From IMG/VR virus record IMGVR_UViG_3300050196_000225, positions 1-64,000 of that record: 64,000 nt of DNA; one strand, 5' to 3'. The notes under the pieces were generated by a model that saw nothing but the letters and a program-made list of their open reading frames with translations, searched no databases and had not been told where the DNA came from. Of the stretch, positions 58,904-64,000 are shown in pieces; position 1 is the first letter of the stretch, and every line of letters begins with the position of its first letter. The DNA is from a virus. The position numbers and the translations under genes were made by a program.

Positions 58904-58930
58904 TATAGATCAGCGGTGACTTATCACCGC
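58904..58930 (-). promoter_or_regulatory. Palindrome+TATACT element
   Basis: The minus strand reads GCGGTGATAAGTCAccgcTGATCTATACTtaccacgtttcgcagatgTTGCGACAAattgg. It overlaps the hairpin GCGGTGA-N4-TCACCGC. Confidence 0.55.
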
Positions 58931-58937
58931 AGGAGAA

Positions 58938-61900
58938 CTATTCGAGGATTTCGGCGACCTTCTCGAAAACGGCGTCGAGGATGAGTTGCTTGTCAGGGTC
59001 GAAGTGGACCTGTTGCGCATTGATGCCGCAGACGATGGTGGCGTCCAGCTTCGGGTCAAAGATCGCTTTGCCGGCCAACTCGGCTGTGCCGCCCTTGATG
59101 CCTGGCACGAAATACTTGATGGCGGCCGAGCCCAGGGCCACGACCACCGAGGGCTTGATCAGCTCCAGCTCGCGCTCGATGAACTTGCGGCAGCCATTGA
59201 GTTGACCGTTGGTCAAGAACTTGTCGTTTTTCCTGGCCTTGACCAAGGTCGTGAAATACCCTTCAGACGCAGCCAGGTTTGCTGTCTTGATCGCTGACTT
59301 CACGCAATTCGCGGCGTCGCCCTCAAGCAGCTTGTCGGCCTTTTCTTCCTGCCAGGTCGGGCAGTCCGACACCACCATGAACTTCACGTTGGTCTTGAGA
59401 CGAATCGTCGGGTGGGCCTGGCCAGCCAGGTCGCAGGCGTCGCACTTCTTGTATTCCTGAACCAGCGAGATCACTTTGGCGCGCAAGAACTTGTCACCCA
59501 CGTCGGTTTGGCGATCAGCCTTCACGGCGTCAATGATCAGGCCGGGCATCAGCTCCATCTGCGCCTTGCGACGGTCAGGGTGGCGCGGGGGCTTGGAGCC
59601 AGGGATCAGGTGCGCCAGGGCACCAACCTCTTCCAGGTTCTCGACGCACTTGATGCTGACCTTGGAGCCCATTTCGGCCGCGGCGGTCTTGAACTCTTCA
59701 GCCGTATCGAAGCGGCCCTTGACTGGCGCCGTGTCGTCAGACGCCCAGACCTCCTCAGTGGTGCCGTCGCGCTTCTTCTTGATGCGAGCGACCTTCCAGC
59801 CTCGGTTCTTGTTGCGCAGCGCCACAATGCGCTCCGCTGTGTTTTCGGAGATGCCCTTGACGGCCGAGAATGGCGCCAGGATGTGCTCGTCGTCAGGAAT
59901 GGTGAACTTGCTACCAGACAGGTTGATGTCGGGCGGCAGCACTTCGATGCCACACTCGCGCGCATCGTTGACCAGGCCGGGCAGCTTGTCCTCCTTCACA
60001 ATCGACATGCAGGCGGCGAAATACTCGGCTGGGTAGTTCACGCGCACCCACATGGTCCACAGCGAGATCACGGAATACTCGACAGCGTGGCTGCGATTGA
60101 AGCCGTAGCCAGCGAAGGCCTCGATCTTGTCGAACAGGTTGCCAGCGCGGCCGGCGTTCATGCTCGACTTAGTTTCGCACCCGTCGATCCACTTCTGACG
60201 CATTTCGGCCATCTTGTCCTTGTCCTTCTTGCCCATCGCCTTGCGCAAGTGGTCAGCTTGTGCGCGCGTGAAGCCCGCGACGTCAACGGCCAGCTGCATC
60301 ACCTGTTCCTGGTAGACGATGACCCCATACGTGTCCTTGAGCGCGTCCTCCATGTTCGGGTGATCGTAGGTGATCGCCTTGAGCCCTTGCTTGATGGCCA
60401 CGAAGTCGTCCATCAGGCCCGAGTCCATCGGCCCTGGACGGTAAAGGGCGGTGGCTGCCGTGATGTCTTCGAACGTGAGCTGGCCGCCCTTGGCCAGGTT
60501 GCGCAGCAGGTTTTTCATGCCGCTGGATTCGAACTGGAAGACGCCCGTGGTGTCGCCCCGCCCGAAAGCATCCATGACGCGCGGGTCGTCAATCTTCAAC
60601 TTCAGGTAGTCGATGGACTTGCCGTGACGCTCCTTGATGTAGGTCTTGGCAATTTCCAGCACATCAAGGGTTGACAGCCCAAGCAAGTCCATCTTGATCA
60701 GGCCCCAATCCTCGACCACCTGCTTGTCCCAGTTCACCACGGGCGAGCCAGCGCGAGTTTCCACCACGGCGCGCTCAGTCAGCGGCTCGCCGGCCACGAT
60801 CACACCGGCCGCGTGCTGGCTGAACGAGCGCATGGCACCTTCGAGCTTGAGCGCGTGACCCCAGACCTCCTGATTGTCGTCGCGGAATTGCTCCAGCTCG
60901 GGCACAACCTTCGCGGCCTCTGCCAGGGTGAAAGACTGCCCGTGCTCTTTTGGCACCAGCTTGGTTGCGACCAGATCGATGCCAGTCATGCCATAGACGC
61001 GCCCCGTGTCGCGCAGCGCAGAGGCGCTGGCCAGGGTCGAGTAGTTGGAGATGCCCGCAACGTGGTCGGTGCCGTATTTCGCAGCCAGGTATTCCACGAC
61101 CAGGTGGCGCTTGCTCGACATGAAGTCCAAGTCAGCGTCGGGCAAGTCTTGGCGCTCGGGATTGATGAAGCGCTCGAACAGGAGGTTAAAGCGGATCGGG
61201 TCCACATCGGTGATGCCCAGCAGGTAAGCGACCAGACTGCCGCCGACCGAGCCGCGACCAGGGCCGACGATGATGTCGTTTTGCTTGGCCCACATGACCA
61301 AGTCCTCAACCAGGAGGAAGTAGCCTGAAAAACCCATGCTCTTGAGCACGCCAAGCTCATAGCTGAGCCGTTCCTTGTAGGTCGGGATCAGCGCTGGCGG
61401 CGGCAGGTAGCCCAGCACAGGCTGAGTGAACCGGCGCTTCCAGCCCTCGATGCACTTTCTGCCCAGCTCCATAAACTCGTTGGGCGCCATCTGAGGCAGA
61501 CACACGGGCTTCTTCTCGAAGGCGTAGTTGCACATGTCGGCCAGCACTTCGGTGTTCGCCAGACCTTTGAGCCATGCCGTTTTGTTGGCCGATGCGGGCG
61601 CCCACTTGATCTGTCTGGCCAGCGCCTGCTTGACGCGAGCCACAAGAGTGGCTGGATCGCCGAACACAAAGTCCTTGACGAACTGCTTGGAGCGGTAGCC
61701 AACGGACATTTGCGTGTTGGTCGTGATGGCGCCCAGCACGTCCAGGGTGGCTGCGTCATCACCCTTGTAGCAGGCGGGGTAGGTCACCAGTGTTTCGGCG
61801 CCCAGCAGCTTGGCTGAGTCGCACGCCAGGGCGTTGAGCGTGTCGAACAGCGGTGTGTTGACAGGCACCAGCTCCACGAAGACTTTGTCCTTGCCGAAGG

Positions 61901-62390
61901 TGTCGATCAAAGAGCCCAGGATCGAATGAGCATTCTCCACATGAAACAGACCAAACAGGTCACCCGTGGAGATGGCCACACCTTCGAGGGCCAGCACGTC
62001 AGCCAGCCCGCAACGGGCGTGGTAGTAGAAGTATTCCGGCGATGTGGCTTTGGACAGCAGCTTGAGCAGGCCTTTGACGCCGCGCTCGTCGGTGGCGTAG
62101 ACCTTGAGAACGTAGGATGGGTTGGGCTTTTCCTCCTCGCCAGAGGCTTTGGACGGCTTGCGATAGGTGGGGTCTTCAGCTACACGCACGCGGCAGCCAA
62201 TGATGGGTTTGATGCCAGCCTTTTTGGCTTTGTTGCTGAACTCCACCATTGCGTGCAAGCTCATGGTGTCCACCAGGGCCACTGACTCGTAGTTCAGTTC
62301 TTTGGCTTTGTCGATGATGTGCTGAATCTGCAGCATGGACTCGCCAATGCTGAAGTCGCTTCTCACGCTGAGCGCATGATTGAGGTTCAC
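58938..62390 (-). CDS. dnaE: DNA polymerase III alpha subunit (C-family replicase) with a C-terminal UDG-family-4-like domain
   Basis: 1150 aa. PHP N-terminus, GRGSVGGSLVAYLLGITDVDP, catalytic PDADLDF and an HhH region. The last 170 aa (58941-59450) carry CDACDL...FMVVSDCPTWQEE...CRKFIERELELIKPSVVVALGSAA. Confidence 0.9.
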   Translation of the reverse strand: MNLNHALSVRSDFSIGESMLQIQHIIDKAKELNYESVALVDTMSLHAMVEFSNKAKKAGIKPIIGCRVRVAEDPTYRKPSKASGEEEKPNPSYVLKVYATDERGVKGLLKLLSKATSPEYFYYHARCGLADVLALEGVAISTGDLFGLFHVENAHSILGSLIDTFGKDKVFVELVPVNTPLFDTLNALACDSAKLLGAETLVTYPACYKGDDAATLDVLGAITTNTQMSVGYRSKQFVKDFVFGDPATLVARVKQALARQIKWAPASANKTAWLKGLANTEVLADMCNYAFEKKPVCLPQMAPNEFMELGRKCIEGWKRRFTQPVLGYLPPPALIPTYKERLSYELGVLKSMGFSGYFLLVEDLVMWAKQNDIIVGPGRGSVGGSLVAYLLGITDVDPIRFNLLFERFINPERQDLPDADLDFMSSKRHLVVEYLAAKYGTDHVAGISNYSTLASASALRDTGRVYGMTGIDLVATKLVPKEHGQSFTLAEAAKVVPELEQFRDDNQEVWGHALKLEGAMRSFSQHAAGVIVAGEPLTERAVVETRAGSPVVNWDKQVVEDWGLIKMDLLGLSTLDVLEIAKTYIKERHGKSIDYLKLKIDDPRVMDAFGRGDTTGVFQFESSGMKNLLRNLAKGGQLTFEDITAATALYRPGPMDSGLMDDFVAIKQGLKAITYDHPNMEDALKDTYGVIVYQEQVMQLAVDVAGFTRAQADHLRKAMGKKDKDKMAEMRQKWIDGCETKSSMNAGRAGNLFDKIEAFAGYGFNRSHAVEYSVISLWTMWVRVNYPAEYFAACMSIVKEDKLPGLVNDARECGIEVLPPDINLSGSKFTIPDDEHILAPFSAVKGISENTAERIVALRNKNRGWKVARIKKKRDGTTEEVWASDDTAPVKGRFDTAEEFKTAAAEMGSKVSIKCVENLEEVGALAHLIPGSKPPRHPDRRKAQMELMPGLIIDAVKADRQTDVGDKFLRAKVISLVQEYKKCDACDLAGQAHPTIRLKTNVKFMVVSDCPTWQEEKADKLLEGDAANCVKSAIKTANLAASEGYFTTLVKARKNDKFLTNGQLNGCRKFIERELELIKPSVVVALGSAAIKYFVPGIKGGTAELAGKAIFDPKLDATIVCGINAQQVHFDPDKQLILDAVFEKVAEILE

Positions 62391-62428
62391 TTGTTCTCCT
62401 TGACCACCCTGTCAGGTGAGTCTGAATG

Positions 62429-63085
62429 TTATGCAGCGGGCGCAGGAGTCACAACGATGCGCCCGTCGGTTTCCTGCGTGGCGCCAAATGTCGGCAGCAA
62501 AGCCACCACCATTGACACGTGTGAGGCGGCCGTGCTGTCAGTCCAGCCCAGCTCGGCGATCAGCGCCGCACGCAAAGAAGCGCGCGTGAAGCCGCCAGAG
62601 CACAGGGCTGACAGTGCGATACGCAACCACGCCGGCACGCTCTTGACGCCCGATGCGTCTTTCGTCTGCAGTGCCTTGCGAAGCTCAGCGGTTGCACCGC
62701 TTGAGATCAGCGTGATGGCCAAAGGCCTGATCTTGACAGGCAGCGTGGCCACCACCGACTCGTCCTGGGCCGACAGTTCGATCTTGACTTTGGTCAATGG
62801 CGTCTTGCGCTCAGTAGGCTCCAAAGTCACGGGCTTTTCAATGTTGCCAGGCGGCGCTTCTTTGGCCGCGCGCTCGTCCTCAGCCTTCAAGACGGCCTGG
62901 GCTTTGCGCTTGGCCACCTTGTGACGCGTGAGCAGGTCGGTGACGCAGATCACATCCTTGATGGCTGCCAGCGTTTCGACGGCCTTGTCAGCGCATGCAG
63001 CAAACGCCGGGCAGCGCTTGCAGATGTCCGAGTCGTGGCTGAAGACGCTGGCGGCGCCGAAGCAGCCTGGTGCATTAGTCGTCAC
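62429..63085 (-). CDS. hypothetical protein with an N-terminal Cys cluster
   Basis: 218 aa. CFGAASVFSHDSDICKRCPAFAAC at the N-terminus. Coupled to the sigma gene by an ATGA-type overlap. Confidence 0.55.
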   Translation of the reverse strand: MTTNAPGCFGAASVFSHDSDICKRCPAFAACADKAVETLAAIKDVICVTDLLTRHKVAKRKAQAVLKAEDERAAKEAPPGNIEKPVTLEPTERKTPLTKVKIELSAQDESVVATLPVKIRPLAITLISSGATAELRKALQTKDASGVKSVPAWLRIALSALCSGGFTRASLRAALIAELGWTDSTAASHVSMVVALLPTFGATQETDGRIVVTPAPAA

Positions 63086-63732
63086 GCCAAATTCCTCCCA
63101 AAGACCTCGATGACTTCGCGGCGCGCGTCCTGCAGGTCAAGCGGTGACACGCCAAGCGCCTTGCGCAGCACCGAGCACACGAAGTCCATGCCCAAAGGCG
63201 ATGGCTTGCGAAAGCGCGCGTCCGGGTCTTGCTCGCGTGCATAGTCGATGTGCGCATTGGCAGCTTCGAACTCGTTTTCGATGAACTGCGGCGGGTTGAC
63301 CGTCATAGAAATGACCGTCGTGGCCAGCGGTGACAGTTCGCTGAGCGCGTCCACGACCGACTGTCGGTGCGCGAGCACGTCTTCTTGTGTTGGCTGCACG
63401 CACGGGATCATTTCACTGACGTCCATTTCATCGTCAGACCATGAAGACATTTCTTCAACTGATCTGGACATGAACTCAATCGAGCGCTCGTGGCGCTCGG
63501 CCAGCTTGTTCACATGGTTGTAGGCCGAGCGCATGAAGTAGGTCGAAAACTTGCCTTGCTCATGGTCAAACAGGTCGTAGGACTTGACAAAGACGATGGT
63601 CAATTCACTGACCACGTCCTCAAACTCCATACCTGTGCCAATTGCGCGCAAGCGGCCGACGCACTTGGCCGCAACCATGCGAATCAACCCAATGTTGTCG
63701 GCGTAAAAACGCCCCAGGTTTGCGCGGTCCAT
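63082..63732 (-). CDS. phage-encoded sigma-70-family factor
   Basis: 216 aa from ATG 63732. Region-2-like NIGLIRMVAAKC...FEDVVSELTIVFVKSYDLFDHEQGKFSTYFMRSAYNHVNKL. Region-4-like LSELSPLATTVISM...VLRKALGVSPLDLQDARREV. Confidence 0.65.
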   Translation of the reverse strand: MDRANLGRFYADNIGLIRMVAAKCVGRLRAIGTGMEFEDVVSELTIVFVKSYDLFDHEQGKFSTYFMRSAYNHVNKLAERHERSIEFMSRSVEEMSSWSDDEMDVSEMIPCVQPTQEDVLAHRQSVVDALSELSPLATTVISMTVNPPQFIENEFEAANAHIDYAREQDPDARFRKPSPLGMDFVCSVLRKALGVSPLDLQDARREVIEVFGRNLA

Positions 63733-63748
63733 GATCGTGCCCTCTCTA

Positions 63749-64000
63749 TCAGGTCGGGAACACGCGGGTAGCCAGGCCGTCAACCACCTCTCGGTCAACC
63801 TTGGACAGCTTATTGATAAAGGACAGCGTCAAGCCCTGACGGAAGCTCATGCGCTTGATGCCGATTTTGCCGGCGCTGATCAAGGCGCGCGGGCTGATCA
63901 CGTCGCTGATCTTGGCCGCGTCGTAAGCCTGGCGCACCAGACCGGCGAACTCGACCATCTTGTCGGCGTCTTCCTTGACCATGCCCACCTTGTTTTGCAA
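63749..64000 (-). CDS. CobS-like AAA+ ATPase, C-terminal part (gene runs off the window end)
   Basis: DKMVEFAGLVRQAY...ISPRALISAGKIG...FRQGLTLSFINKLSKVDREVVDGLATRVF matches the CobS C-terminal pattern as I recall it. Confidence 0.5.
   Translation of the reverse strand: MQNKVGMVKEDADKMVEFAGLVRQAYDAAKISDVISPRALISAGKIGIKRMSFRQGLTLSFINKLSKVDREVVDGLATRVFPT

Noticed and set aside
1-64000. Prophage or temperate-phage features (integrase, CI/Cro switch, att sites), transposases or defence systems of host origin
   Set aside because: Nothing with recombinase or transposase motifs, and no host-like flanking genes, was seen. The whole window is phage-like, so no mobile-element or host-island call is supported.

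Overview
The window is a contiguous piece of a large, high-GC genome of a tailed phage. No integrase or repressor is visible, so it looks lytic. I predict about 110 tightly packed genes, nearly all on the minus strand, many coupled by ATGA, GTGA or TGATG stop/start overlaps.

Layout:
- 0-5.7 kb: morphogenesis block in the order terS, terL, portal, scaffold, capsid.
- 5.8-10.6 kb: accessory operon with a winged-helix protein, a GNAT-like protein, thioredoxin, a soluble ABC ATPase, an HExxH protein and two ParB-like proteins.
- 10.7-13.5 kb: the only plus-strand operon (SF2 helicase, Zn-ribbon protein, SLOG/DUF2493).
- 13.7-15.1 kb: AT-rich island with iteron-like repeats.
- 15.2-35 kb: about 55 small genes, most without a recognisable function. 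Recognisable ones include a kinase-like protein, a SpoT-type HD hydrolase, a DnaQ-like exonuclease and an L7/L12-CTD-like protein.
- 35.6-63 kb: nucleotide metabolism, replication and recombination. This holds NAMPT plus NMNAT-Nudix, an AAA_28 kinase, MazG, ThyX, a secreted PLD nuclease, NrdAB, RuvC-like, SbcCD-like, RecA-like, FEN, a gp32-like SSB and a DnaE with a UDG-like C-terminal domain.
- 63-64 kb: a phage sigma-70-family factor and a partial CobS-like ATPase.

No rRNA, tRNA, CRISPR array or mobile element was recognised.

Signals beyond the gene calls that most deserve follow-up:
- A C-terminal peptide (PKT..D.AW) shared by several otherwise unrelated small proteins.
- A 7-4-7 palindrome, TAAGTCA-N4-TGACTTA, at more than 20 intergenic sites. 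Two copies are centred at about -41.5 of consensus sigma70-type promoters.
- A conserved -10 plus leader element in front of 13 small-gene units.
- Promoters followed almost immediately by terminators in front of terS and nrdB.

Limits: every function was assigned by eye from motifs, and no database search was run. Hand-mapped motif coordinates may be off by 1-2 nt.
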